From NCBI GenBank assembly GCA_964482515.1, contig CAYZXT010000009.1, positions 16,251 to 80,250 of the forward strand: a DNA stretch of 64,000 nucleotides, read 5' to 3'. Every line of letters starts with the position of its first letter. The stretch's first letter is position 1. The DNA is from an uncultured Elusimicrobia bacterium. Lineage in GTDB: Bacteria > Elusimicrobiota > Elusimicrobia > FEN-1173. This document shows positions 38,720-47,408 of the stretch, piece by piece. The notes under the pieces were generated by a model. That model saw only the letters and a list, made by a program, of their open reading frames with translations. It did no database searches and was not told where the DNA came from. Position numbers and translations under genes: made by a program.

Positions 38720-39262
38720 TTACGACCGCTCTGCGCCGGATTCCACCAGCGTTTTCATCTGGGCCAGGCCCTTATCGAAATCGCCGCCGACCATCTTGTC
38801 CATGTCCATGACCAGGTGGACGGCCTTCGCCATGAAGTTGTTTTTTCCGGACATGGCCCAGGTCACGACGGTTTGGTTGCCCTCGGGGACGAAGGTGAAT
38901 TCCGTTTCGTTGCTGGCGGAGAAGGGCTTCAGAAATACGAGCCGGATGCGGACGAGCTCGGGCGCGCGGCTTTCCGTGATCGTCATGCTCCCTTCTCCGA
39001 CCTTTTTGTTGCCGGCCCAGGCGTAGGACGCGCCCACGCCGGACTCCGGGCCGGTGAAGGTTTTCTTCATGCCCGGGTCCAGCTTCTCCCAGGGCGACCA
39101 GCCGGCCCAATTCCGAAAATCGTTCACTTGTTCGAACACCGCTTCCGGCGGGGCGGATATCGTCGTGGCGCGCGCGACCCGGAACTCGTCGGGCTGCAGC
39201 CTTACGATTATGGTGATGATGGCGGCGATCACCAGGAGGGCGATCACTATTTTTTTAAACAT
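38720..39262 (-). CDS. SRPBCC (START/polyketide-cyclase-like) protein with an N-terminal anchor
   Basis: It is taken from the internal ATG 39262 (GGAGG upstream): MFKKIVIALLVIAAIITIIV...ISAPPEAVFEQVNDFRNWAGWSPWEKLDPGMK.... The upstream part of track ORF 38720..39733 is R/P/A-rich and non-coding-like. Confidence 0.6.
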   Translation of the reverse strand: MFKKIVIALLVIAAIITIIVRLQPDEFRVARATTISAPPEAVFEQVNDFRNWAGWSPWEKLDPGMKKTFTGPESGVGASYAWAGNKKVGEGSMTITESRAPELVRIRLVFLKPFSASNETEFTFVPEGNQTVVTWAMSGKNNFMAKAVHLVMDMDKMVGGDFDKGLAQMKTLVESGAERS

Positions 39263-39392
39263 GGAGCCTCCATATTTTATGGATGAGATTTTTGCGCAAA
39301 TTATCAGCCCGGACCCATTGACGTGGCCAACCTCGACTATGATACTCAAGAATTGCGGGGGGCCGAAAGAGGGAATTAGGTAGAATGCTGCC

Positions 39393-40253
39393 ATGCCTTC
39401 GTTTCCGGGAATGAGATATGTTTTTCGATGGACGCTTTTAGGCGCATTGGTCGTTTTTGCGGCGGCCGGTTTGGCCGGAGGCGGAGAGCTGAGCGTGGCG
39501 TTCATCGATTGCGGCCGCGGCGACGCGATCCTCATCCGGACGCCGGCGGGGGAGAATGTTTTGCTGGATGCCGGCCCGTCTCCCCAACAGGCCCGCCGCG
39601 AGGGCCGTCCCGGGGCGGTGCGGAAGTATCTCCGCAAAGCGGGCGTCAGGCGTTTGGACGCGGCCATCCTTTCGCACGGACACCCCGACCACGCCGGCGG
39701 ATTTTCCTCCGTCATCCGGTCCTTTCCCGTCAAAAACTTCTACGAGTCCGGGCGCGCGGACGTTTCTCCCGAGTATCGAGGCCTTCAGCGTACTCTGCGG
39801 CGAAAAGAGATCCGGCGCGTCCTGGTCAAAGCGGGCGACGTCGTCAATTTGGACACATCCGTCGACATCCAGGTGCTTTGGCCGGACGAGACGCCTCCGG
39901 GCGGCGACCTGAACGACAATTCCCTCGTGATCAGGCTGACCTACGGGGAGACGTCCGTCCTTTTTCCGGGGGACGTGGGCGCTGGAGCGGAGGAAGCGTT
40001 GGTCCGGCGGTACGGCGAATCTTTGGAAAGCGGGGTCCTGAAAGTCCCCCATCACGGGCTGGGTTCCTCCGCCTCGGCCGGTTTCCTCCTGAGCGTCAAA
40101 CCGGAAATCGCGGTCATCTGCATCGGCGGCGGAGTCCAGCCGGACGCGGCGATTCTGGAACGTTTGAGTGAATCCGGCGCGCGGGTTTATCGGACGGACC
40201 AGGCAGGGACGGTCCGGGTCGTCTCCGACGGAAAAACTTGGGAGGTCCGGTGA
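39393..40253 (+). CDS. MBL-fold metallo-hydrolase (ComEC C-terminal-domain-like)
   Basis: FIDCGRGDAILIRTP...LDAAILSHGHPDHAGGF...NDNSLVIRLTYGETSVLFPGDVG...LKVPHHG. Confidence 0.8.
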   Translation: MPSFPGMRYVFRWTLLGALVVFAAAGLAGGGELSVAFIDCGRGDAILIRTPAGENVLLDAGPSPQQARREGRPGAVRKYLRKAGVRRLDAAILSHGHPDHAGGFSSVIRSFPVKNFYESGRADVSPEYRGLQRTLRRKEIRRVLVKAGDVVNLDTSVDIQVLWPDETPPGGDLNDNSLVIRLTYGETSVLFPGDVGAGAEEALVRRYGESLESGVLKVPHHGLGSSASAGFLLSVKPEIAVICIGGGVQPDAAILERLSESGARVYRTDQAGTVRVVSDGKTWEVR

Positions 40254-40777
40254 CGCCGGAGCGCCGTTCGCTTTTTTTCGCCTGGGCGGCGGCCGGTTAC
40301 CTCGCCCTGATTTATTCGACGCTGGGCGCGATGCGGGATATTCAGCTGGTTTTTCAGAAAACGGCCGGCGCGCTGGCGTCTTCGATCATCAACGCCGCGA
40401 TCCTTTTGTGCGGAGGGATCCTGTTGTGGGGGCGGCGCGTGGTTCTCCGGTCTCAACGGCGGTGGATCTGGGCGCTGCTGGTGGGGGCGGGTTATATCGC
40501 CGCGTCGCGATGGCTCCCCGTTTCGGAGGAGAAGTTTCACTTGGTCCAGTACGGTTTTTTGTCGTTCCTCGTCACGGAGTCCCTTCGGGGACGCGCCGCG
40601 CCCTGGGCCCGGCACGCGATGTCCTTTGCGATCGTATGCCTCGCCGGGACCCTGGACGAAGCTATCCAGTATTTCCTTCCGAACCGCGTCGGCGACGTCC
40701 GCGATGTGATCATTAATTTCGTGTCCGCCGGGCTGGCCCAGGGGGCCCTGGCGATTTTGGATTCCGATAAAAAATAA
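40250..40777 (+). CDS. VanZ-like membrane protein
   Basis: ...EKFHLVQYGFLSFLV...LDEAIQYFLPNRVGDVRDVIINFVSAGLAQG. GTG 40250 forms a GTGA overlap with the upstream stop; the track starts at TTG 40238. Confidence 0.6.
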   Translation: MTPERRSLFFAWAAAGYLALIYSTLGAMRDIQLVFQKTAGALASSIINAAILLCGGILLWGRRVVLRSQRRWIWALLVGAGYIAASRWLPVSEEKFHLVQYGFLSFLVTESLRGRAAPWARHAMSFAIVCLAGTLDEAIQYFLPNRVGDVRDVIINFVSAGLAQGALAILDSDKK

Positions 40778-40872
40778 TTTAGCGACACGGTTTTACCGAC
40801 GGAAAACAGGGTATAATACCTGTTCTTTGTGCAGAATAAATCCGATGTAACGGGAATCCTCAAAGAGGCGTC

Positions 40873-41940
40873 ATGCTAATGAAGGCGGATCAAACCAATC
40901 CTTCCGTTGACCTTGAGTGGGAACAGGCCATAGAAAACTGTTCCTACGCGACATTTTTCCATACCCGCGCCTGGGCGCGCATTTTGGTGGCTGGTTTCGG
41001 CCGGTTGTTCCACCCCTCGCCGAAAATCATTCCGCTGGGGCAGGGGAAGCGCGGCATTCTTCCGTTGATGGAGACCGAGTATCAAGGGAAAGGTTTTTTC
41101 CGGGCTCTTCACGCCGGCGCCCTGGGTGTGTATGGCGGACCCCTTTTGCCTGACGGCGGTGCTCCGAGGGTCGTAAAAGAAATACTCTCCGGGTTACATT
41201 CCGCACAAACGTCAAACGTGTTTATTTTTGGAAACCCATACGCGCCCAGTGAATTTCAAAATCTCTGGGAAGATCCGCGCCGAGTTGTCCAATTCACGCA
41301 GATTGTCGATTTTCAAGGCATGCGAGACGAAAATGACCTCTTTTCCATCTATTCCAAGAGCGTGAGGAAGAGGATCCGGGCGGTTCCTGAGACCCGCTAC
41401 GTGGTGCGCCCGGCGGCGTCAATCGAAGACGTGCGCTCCGTGGAACGAATATATCGAGAGAGGTTGGCTCAATGGGGCGATCGCGCCACGAATTCTCATC
41501 CACTCAGCCTATTCGAAGCTATTTATAATTTGGGCGGGGAAGCCGCCAGGATTTGGATCGTTGAGAGCGGCGGTGAAATCGTGGCCGGCAATGTCAATTT
41601 TTATTTCCGAAACACCTGCGTCGATTGGCTTCATATTTGCAATAAAGATCACCTCCCGATGGGCTTAAGTCATTATTTTACCCATTGGTTGGTCCGGGAC
41701 GCCTGGTCCCGCGGTTATTCTGTTTATGATTTCAATCCCAGCGGTGGCCATGAGGGCGTGGTTGCTTTCAAGCGCAGCTTCGGTGCTGTTGAAAAACCGT
41801 TCAGCGGATATTCGTGGGGGGGAAGTTACTTGTACCAAATGTTTAATAAGATGTCGTTTCTGCGGACTCGCTACCTGGCCTCGGCGATTCCCTACGTCGG
41901 TGAAGATTTAGGGGTCTTTCAGTTGCTCACAATGGGATAA
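40873..41940 (+). CDS. FemAB/GNAT-like acyl- or aminoacyl-transferase
   Basis: It is about 355 aa. ...SYATFFHTRAWARIL...; a C-terminal GNAT-like block reads WIVESGGEIVAGNVNFYFRNTCVDWLHICNKDH...FNPSGGHEGVVAFKRSFGA. Confidence 0.5.
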   Translation: MLMKADQTNPSVDLEWEQAIENCSYATFFHTRAWARILVAGFGRLFHPSPKIIPLGQGKRGILPLMETEYQGKGFFRALHAGALGVYGGPLLPDGGAPRVVKEILSGLHSAQTSNVFIFGNPYAPSEFQNLWEDPRRVVQFTQIVDFQGMRDENDLFSIYSKSVRKRIRAVPETRYVVRPAASIEDVRSVERIYRERLAQWGDRATNSHPLSLFEAIYNLGGEAARIWIVESGGEIVAGNVNFYFRNTCVDWLHICNKDHLPMGLSHYFTHWLVRDAWSRGYSVYDFNPSGGHEGVVAFKRSFGAVEKPFSGYSWGGSYLYQMFNKMSFLRTRYLASAIPYVGEDLGVFQLLTMG

Positions 41941-41960
41941 AAGATTCAAGCGACCGTAAA

Positions 41961-42000
41961 ACAAAAGGCGTCCCCCGCGAGGAGGACGCCTTTTGTTTTA
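41961..42000. terminator. Bidirectional intrinsic terminator
   Basis: AAAACAAAA-GGCGTCC-cccgcgagga-GGACGCC-TTTTGTTTT lies between convergent 40873..41940(+) and tpx(-). Confidence 0.8.
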
Positions 42001-42011
42001 ATACGCTTGTG

Positions 42012-42521
42012 TTAAGCCGGCTGTTTGAGCGCGTTCAGTGCGGCGTCGTAGTTGGGCTCCTGGGTGATTTCCGGGACCTGTTCGGTGTAGACGACTTTGC
42101 CGCTCTCGTTGAGTATGACCACGGCACGGGACAGGAGCCCCGCCATGGGGCCGTCGGCGATGCGCGCGCCGTAGGCCGTTCCAAAGGAAGAATCGCGCAG
42201 CTCGGACGTCGTGATCACGTTGTTAATGCCTTCGGCGCCGCAGAACCGCTTCAGCGCGAAGGGAAGGTCGCGGGAGACCCCGAGGATGACGGTGTTGTTC
42301 AGCTTCGCGGCCTCCTGGTTGAACTTGCGCACGGACGCGGCGCAGACGCCGGTGTCGATGCTGGGGAATATGTTCAGGATGACCTTCTTGCCGGCGAAGT
42401 CCTTCAAGCTGACGTCGGACAGGTCGGCCTTGGTGAGTCTAAAGTCGGGCGCCGCGGATCCGGTCGCGGGAAGGTTCCCGGCGGTGTTGATCATGTTTCC
42501 TTTGAGTTTGATCTGGGCCAT
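42012..42521 (-). CDS. tpx: Thiol peroxidase (atypical 2-Cys peroxiredoxin)
   Basis: ...[45 protein letters not shown]...[14 protein letters not shown].... Confidence 0.9.
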   Translation of the reverse strand: MAQIKLKGNMINTAGNLPATGSAAPDFRLTKADLSDVSLKDFAGKKVILNIFPSIDTGVCAASVRKFNQEAAKLNNTVILGVSRDLPFALKRFCGAEGINNVITTSELRDSSFGTAYGARIADGPMAGLLSRAVVILNESGKVVYTEQVPEITQEPNYDAALNALKQPA

Positions 42522-42565
42522 ATTTTCTCCTTGGGGATGAGGTAACTTTACCTGAATTATATACT

Positions 42566-43171
42566 TTGCGGACCGGCGGCGTAAGCGGCTTTGGAAAGTG
42601 TTTTTTTATATATGATATGCCCATGGACGTACTAATATTTTCTTCGGAAAGCGGCATGCGGACGCTGGGCGTCTTGCCGCTGCTTTTTTTTGCGGCCATG
42701 GTATGGACCCATTGGCGAAAGGGAAAGATCTCGGAGTGTCTGTGGATGTGCCACGTCTCGAACCTCCTCCTGGCCGCGGGGATGCTGTTCGATCAGCCGG
42801 TTTTGATCCAGGCGGCCACGCCGTGGCTCATCCTGGGCGTCCCTCTCTGGATTTTGGACATGCTCTTTTCCCGCTCCCTGATCCCCGCTTCGGTCGTGTC
42901 CCACGCCGGCGGGACGGCGGTGGGCCTGTTCGCCCTCAGCCACGCCGGCGCCCGTCCTTCCATGTGGCTGTCCTCTTTTGTTTTTTATCTCGCCATGCAG
43001 CTTGTTTCCCGCTGGCTGACCCCGCACCACCTCAACGTCAATCTCTCGCAGCGGACCTATGATGAAGTCCGGGGATATTTCCCGAATTACGGCGTTTTTT
43101 GGGTTTCCGCCACCGGCCTGACGGCGGTCGTCCTTTGGGGCCTTTCCTATGTATTGAACCGTTGTTTCTGA
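42566..43171 (+). CDS. Hypothetical polytopic membrane protein
   Basis: There are five or six hydrophobic helices ([33 protein letters not shown], ...). The start is uncertain and I recognise no family. Confidence 0.45.
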   Translation: MRTGGVSGFGKCFFIYDMPMDVLIFSSESGMRTLGVLPLLFFAAMVWTHWRKGKISECLWMCHVSNLLLAAGMLFDQPVLIQAATPWLILGVPLWILDMLFSRSLIPASVVSHAGGTAVGLFALSHAGARPSMWLSSFVFYLAMQLVSRWLTPHHLNVNLSQRTYDEVRGYFPNYGVFWVSATGLTAVVLWGLSYVLNRCF

Positions 43172-43184
43172 TGGGGAAAGTTCG

Positions 43185-43640
43185 GTGACCCGGAACCCCT
43201 ATAAACGCGACCCCGGCGAGACGCCCTATACCCCGCCGGGCGGGCTCCCCTCCGTGACCCCGCCTTCCGCCGACATCTACGCGGCCATGGGGGAGGACAA
43301 CATCTTCCGCTTGTGCGAGGATTTCTATTCCGCCCTCGAAAAGACCGAGATCCGCCCCATGTTCCCGGAGGACATGAAGGAAGCGTCGAAGAGGCTGGCG
43401 GCGTTCCTGGTTTTCCGTTTGGGCGGGCCGCCCCTCTACCAACAACGCCACGGCCAGCCCATGCTCCGGGGGCGGCACATGCCCTTCCGGATAGATGAAA
43501 AATCCCGCCTGATCTGGCTGACGGCTTTTCGGGAGATATTGGTCGTCGCACAGGAAAAATATAAATTCCCCAAGGAACACCTGCCCGGATTCCTGGATTT
43601 CCTGGAGAAATTTTCCTTCTGGATGGTGAACGCCGCCTAG
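43185..43640 (+). CDS. Truncated (2-on-2, group II/YjbI-like) globin
   Basis: IYAAMGEDNIFRLCEDFYSALEKTEIRPMFPEDMKEASKRLAAFLVFRLGGPPLYQQRHGQPMLRGRHMPFRIDEKSRLIWL. Confidence 0.7.
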   Translation: MTRNPYKRDPGETPYTPPGGLPSVTPPSADIYAAMGEDNIFRLCEDFYSALEKTEIRPMFPEDMKEASKRLAAFLVFRLGGPPLYQQRHGQPMLRGRHMPFRIDEKSRLIWLTAFREILVVAQEKYKFPKEHLPGFLDFLEKFSFWMVNAA

Positions 43641-43728
43641 CTGAAAACGGTGTAGGATTTCTCGAATAAAAAAAGGCTGTGCCGCCCGAAGCGACACAGC
43701 CTTTTATATTGAACGGCGGCTTGTTGAA

Positions 43729-45651
43729 TTAGAAGGACGCCCTGACGCCGAGGGTGACGGTGCGGCCCGCGGTTCCGTAGCTGAACACCTGCTGATATTC
43801 TTTGTCGGCCAGGTTTTCGACGCGCCCGAACAGCCGGAGATAGGGAAGGACTTGATAGGACGTCCCCAGGTTTATGAGGGTGTAGGAACCGAGCACGACC
43901 CTTTGGGACGGGAAGCCGGTGAAGTCCGTATCGAAACGGCGTCCCACGAAGACGCCATCGAGGTGGACGTTCCCTTTGGTGGAAAAATCATAATCCACGG
44001 AAGCGCCGGACTGGTTCCGCGGGCGGCGGATCAGCCGGTCGCCCGTGGAGACGTCCTCCGCGTGGGTGATGGTGTGGTTGGCCCGCAGCGTGAGCCCGTC
44101 CATGGGGCGGCAGCGTGCCGTGAACTCCCATCCGCGGGTCATGGCCCTGTCCCGGTTCGCGTATTGGCCCAAACCGCCCAGAGCCGCGGCGTCGAAGTCG
44201 ATGAGGTCTTCGAAGTCATTGCGGAAGAACGTCGCGCCGATGGAGCTACGCCCGCCGTAGAATTCCTGCTCTACGCCGGCGTCCCATCCTTTGCTTCTCT
44301 CCGGATCCAGGTTTGCGTTCCCGTAGAGAGAAAACAACTGGTAGAGGGACGGCGCTTTGAAGCCCGTTCCGTAGGTGCCCTTCACTTTCGTGTATTGAAG
44401 GGGCCAGTAAGCCGCGGTGGCGCGATAGGTCCCGACGGAACCGAAGCGGCTGTGTTTGTCCACGCGGCCCCCCACCGTGCCGAAGAAGGAATCGCCCACT
44501 TTGAGCTGGTCCTGTGCGTAGAAGCCGTTGGTGTACGCCGTTTCCCGGTCGAAGCTGCTGACGAAGGGGCCGAAGAAACTGGTGGAGACGGAATCGAACC
44601 GGCCGATCTCCTGTTCGAGGTCCGCGCCCAGGGTCAGCGTGTTGAACTTCACGAAGCGGAAGTCGTGCTGCCAATCCTGCTTGATGATGCTGCTTTTGTA
44701 GGCGGCGTGGAGCGAGTCCAGCGGGTGCGCCGCGTCGGTGAAGTCGTCATAGTTCCGGTCGTGGTGCGTGATGGAAAACCCGATCTTCTGGTCCCAGATG
44801 TCATCGAACAGAGACAGTTGTCCCTGGCCGCGGGCAAAGATCTCGCGCACGTCGGCGACATAGTTGGGATCGTCCTGCCCGGAGCTGTCGTCAAGATTAT
44901 TGTGAGACGCGTTGTAGCGCGACGTGAAGTCGATGGATGAGTTTTTCGTAGGGACGAAGCCGAGCCGCGCTGAGGCCGACGTGTTGCCGTAGCGGTCCGT
45001 CTCGCTGTTGCCGCGGGAGTCGTCGGCTTGGGAAAAACCGGCGGTATCGAAGCGGGACGCCTGCACGGCGTAGTTCACTTTCTCGGTGCCGCCTCTGATG
45101 CCTGCCTGCTCGCGGGAGGTCTGGTAGGTCCCGCCCTCATACTGGACGAACCCCTGCGGAGCGCCCACGCCTTTCTTGGTGATGATGTTGATCACGCCGC
45201 CCATGGCGTCGGAGCCGTACAGGGTGCTCTGGGGGCCGCGAATGATTTCGATCCTCTCGATGTTGTCCACGCTCAGGTGCGCGAGGTCGAAGAAGCGGCT
45301 GGTGGTGCTGGGGTCGCCGGTTTCGATGCCGTCGATCATGATCAGTGTGTGGCCCGAGTCGGCGCCGCGGATGAAGACGGAAGAGGGGCTGCCCACTCCG
45401 CCTGACTGGACCGTGTTGAGGGCGGGTTGAATGCGGAGCAGGTCGAGGACGTGGGTCTTCTGGCTGTTCTGGATGTCTTTTTGGTCGATGACGCTTACGG
45501 CGCTGGCGATATCCCGTTCCGAGGTCTCCAGCCGCGTGGCGGAGACGAGCAGGGCCGCGCTGACGATCGTGGGATCGAAGGCGTGGCTGGGAGCGGATAG
45601 GGCGAGAGTGATGGCTACGGATAGGATGGCGGAAAGTCTTTGACGGCGCAT
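43729..45651 (-). CDS. TonB-dependent receptor (BtuB-like, riboswitch-controlled)
   Basis: It is taken from the internal ATG 45651: MRRQRLSAILSVAITLALSAPSHA. The plug reads DIQNSQKTHVLDLLRIQPALNTVQSGGVGSPSSVFIRGADSGHTLIMIDG. The terminal strand is VTLGVRASF. Confidence 0.9.
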   Translation of the reverse strand: MRRQRLSAILSVAITLALSAPSHAFDPTIVSAALLVSATRLETSERDIASAVSVIDQKDIQNSQKTHVLDLLRIQPALNTVQSGGVGSPSSVFIRGADSGHTLIMIDGIETGDPSTTSRFFDLAHLSVDNIERIEIIRGPQSTLYGSDAMGGVINIITKKGVGAPQGFVQYEGGTYQTSREQAGIRGGTEKVNYAVQASRFDTAGFSQADDSRGNSETDRYGNTSASARLGFVPTKNSSIDFTSRYNASHNNLDDSSGQDDPNYVADVREIFARGQGQLSLFDDIWDQKIGFSITHHDRNYDDFTDAAHPLDSLHAAYKSSIIKQDWQHDFRFVKFNTLTLGADLEQEIGRFDSVSTSFFGPFVSSFDRETAYTNGFYAQDQLKVGDSFFGTVGGRVDKHSRFGSVGTYRATAAYWPLQYTKVKGTYGTGFKAPSLYQLFSLYGNANLDPERSKGWDAGVEQEFYGGRSSIGATFFRNDFEDLIDFDAAALGGLGQYANRDRAMTRGWEFTARCRPMDGLTLRANHTITHAEDVSTGDRLIRRPRNQSGASVDYDFSTKGNVHLDGVFVGRRFDTDFTGFPSQRVVLGSYTLINLGTSYQVLPYLRLFGRVENLADKEYQQVFSYGTAGRTVTLGVRASF

Positions 45652-45685
45652 TGGAATTCTCCTTGTTCCCCCCGAGGGGATATGA

Positions 45686-45925
45686 AATAAAAAACCCACT
45701 TCCAACGCGGAAATGGGTAACGGAGAATCAAACGCCGTAGATGCCGGCGGCCTCCCTATAAATAGGAACAACGCTACCGGCGAGCCCTTCCCGCGAAGGA
45801 AAATCTACCTTTTAGTCGACCGGACTTAGACGCGTTTGCGCGCGCCCATTACCGTTGCGGGGCAGTCCCGGAATCACACCGGGTTCCTCTAAAAGGGAGT
45901 GAGCGAAAGAACTGGCCTGAGTATG
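45686..45925 (-). ncRNA. Cobalamin riboswitch with a terminator expression platform
   Basis: The minus strand reads ...AGAGGAACCCGGTGTGATTCCGGGACTGCCCCGCAACGGTAATGGG...AAGTCCGGTCGAC...GCGGGAAGGG... (the conserved AGGGAA/GGTG.GA.TCC/CCCGC.AC.GTAA core plus a B12-box-like segment). It is followed by CCCATTTCC-gcgt-TGGAAGTGGG-TTTTTTA, and then the receptor gene. Confidence 0.75.
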
Positions 45926-45948
45926 AGAAATTAATCGGCGGGTGTAAA
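45920..45948 (-). promoter_or_regulatory. Candidate promoter for the riboswitch-receptor transcript (TTTACA-17 nt-CATACT)
   Basis: Minus strand: TTTACA (45948-45943), a 17-nt spacer, CATACT (45925-45920). Confidence 0.45.
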
Positions 45949-46001
45949 GTAAAAATAATTGGAACTGTTTTGTGGATAGGGGCGTTCCCTTAATTTCAAG
46001 C

Positions 46002-46031
46002 TTGACAGGTGGCGCGGCTGACTTCTATAGT
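46002..46031 (+). promoter_or_regulatory. Sigma70-type promoter of the TolC-RND operon (TTGACA-18 nt-TATAGT)
   Basis: TTGACA 46002-46007, an 18-nt spacer, TATAGT 46026-46031. It is divergent from the riboswitch promoter. Confidence 0.6.
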
Positions 46032-46088
46032 AGTGTTTCGTTTCTTCCACTGAATGAGACGCTAAAACCCGTTCACTCATAACAACAC

Positions 46089-47408
46089 ATGAAGCAATCC
46101 CCCATGGCGCACGCGCGTACAATATATGGATTCGTCATTTTACTTGCCCTTTTGGGAGCGGCGTCCTTTGGGTTCGGGGCTGCTCCGGCGGGTCCGTCCC
46201 CGGTCACGCTCCGCCAATGTTACGAATGGGCGAAGGCGCGGAACGAGGACCTCAAGATCCGGCAGGAAGACATCGTCCAGTCCAAGGCCCGCGCCCGCGC
46301 GGCCCTGGGCGGCGCCTATCCCAGCGTGGACTGGAAATGGACGGACACCTGGCAGGACCCCAAGGGCGTGGACAAGCTCGAGTCCCGGGGGTTCAGCGGG
46401 TTCGTGGAAAAGAGCCAAATCGATTCCCGGTTTTCCGTCAACCAGCCGATTTTCTCCGGGTTGAGGGAATTTTCCGCCTACAAGGGGTTCAAGCGGGAAA
46501 GCGCCAAGAACGCGCTGCTGCTGGAAAGGGCCGACAAAGAACTTTTCGCCAGGACGGCCGACGTTTTCTACACGGTGGTGCTGCATGAGACCGACCGGGA
46601 AAACACCGAGGCCTCGCTCCGCCTGGCCCAGGACCGCGTCAAGGACCTGGGCCGGTTCAAGCGCCTGGGCAAGGCCCGGGACAGCGAAGTGTTCACGGCC
46701 GAGGCCCACGCCGCCGCGCTCAAGGCCCGCCTGCAGCAGATCCAGTCCCGCCTCGGCTCCGCCCGCGAGGAGCTTTCCTATTTAACCGGCCAGGACCTCT
46801 CCACCCTTCCGATTTTGGACGAAATCCCCAACCCGCCGGACGTCAGCGACCTGGACGCATTCCTGGTCCAGGGGAAGAACCGCACGGACCTGCAGGCCCA
46901 GCGGGAAGACGTCGCCGCGCGCCGGCTCCGGATCCGGTACGAGAAGGGGTCCTATTGGCCGAGCGTGGACGTGACCGGGAATTATTACACGCAGCGGGCC
47001 ACCTTCCTCGAAGACATTCAGTGGGACGTGATCCTGGCGCTGGAGGTCCCGCTTTTCCAGGGGGGAGCGGTTTCGGCCCGCGTGAAGGAAGCCACCGCCG
47101 CCTATCGCCAGTCGATCCTCACGCTGCAGGCCATGGAGCGCGAAGTCTATCACTCCATCCGGCAGACCCACGGCGAACTCCTTGCCGCCATGCGGGAAAC
47201 CCAATCCTTGGAAGAGGCCTCCGCGGCCGCGCAAAAAAGTTATGACGCGCTGCTGGACGAATACAAGCTGGGCCTGGTCACGAACCTGGACGTCCTGCAG
47301 GCCCTCGACCTGTTGCAGGCCCAGAACAGCGCCCGCGACGCGGCCCGCGTCAACATGAAGATGTTGTTCATCCGGCTCAACGTCACCGTGGAGAAAATGG
47401 CGTCATGA
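46089..47408 (+). CDS. TolC-family outer-membrane efflux protein
   Basis: Signal peptide, LRQCYEWAKARNEDLKI, two repeated halves with ...QPIFSGL... / ...VPLFQGGAVSARV..., and YKLGLVTNLDVLQA. Confidence 0.85.
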   Translation: MKQSPMAHARTIYGFVILLALLGAASFGFGAAPAGPSPVTLRQCYEWAKARNEDLKIRQEDIVQSKARARAALGGAYPSVDWKWTDTWQDPKGVDKLESRGFSGFVEKSQIDSRFSVNQPIFSGLREFSAYKGFKRESAKNALLLERADKELFARTADVFYTVVLHETDRENTEASLRLAQDRVKDLGRFKRLGKARDSEVFTAEAHAAALKARLQQIQSRLGSAREELSYLTGQDLSTLPILDEIPNPPDVSDLDAFLVQGKNRTDLQAQREDVAARRLRIRYEKGSYWPSVDVTGNYYTQRATFLEDIQWDVILALEVPLFQGGAVSARVKEATAAYRQSILTLQAMEREVYHSIRQTHGELLAAMRETQSLEEASAAAQKSYDALLDEYKLGLVTNLDVLQALDLLQAQNSARDAARVNMKMLFIRLNVTVEKMAS

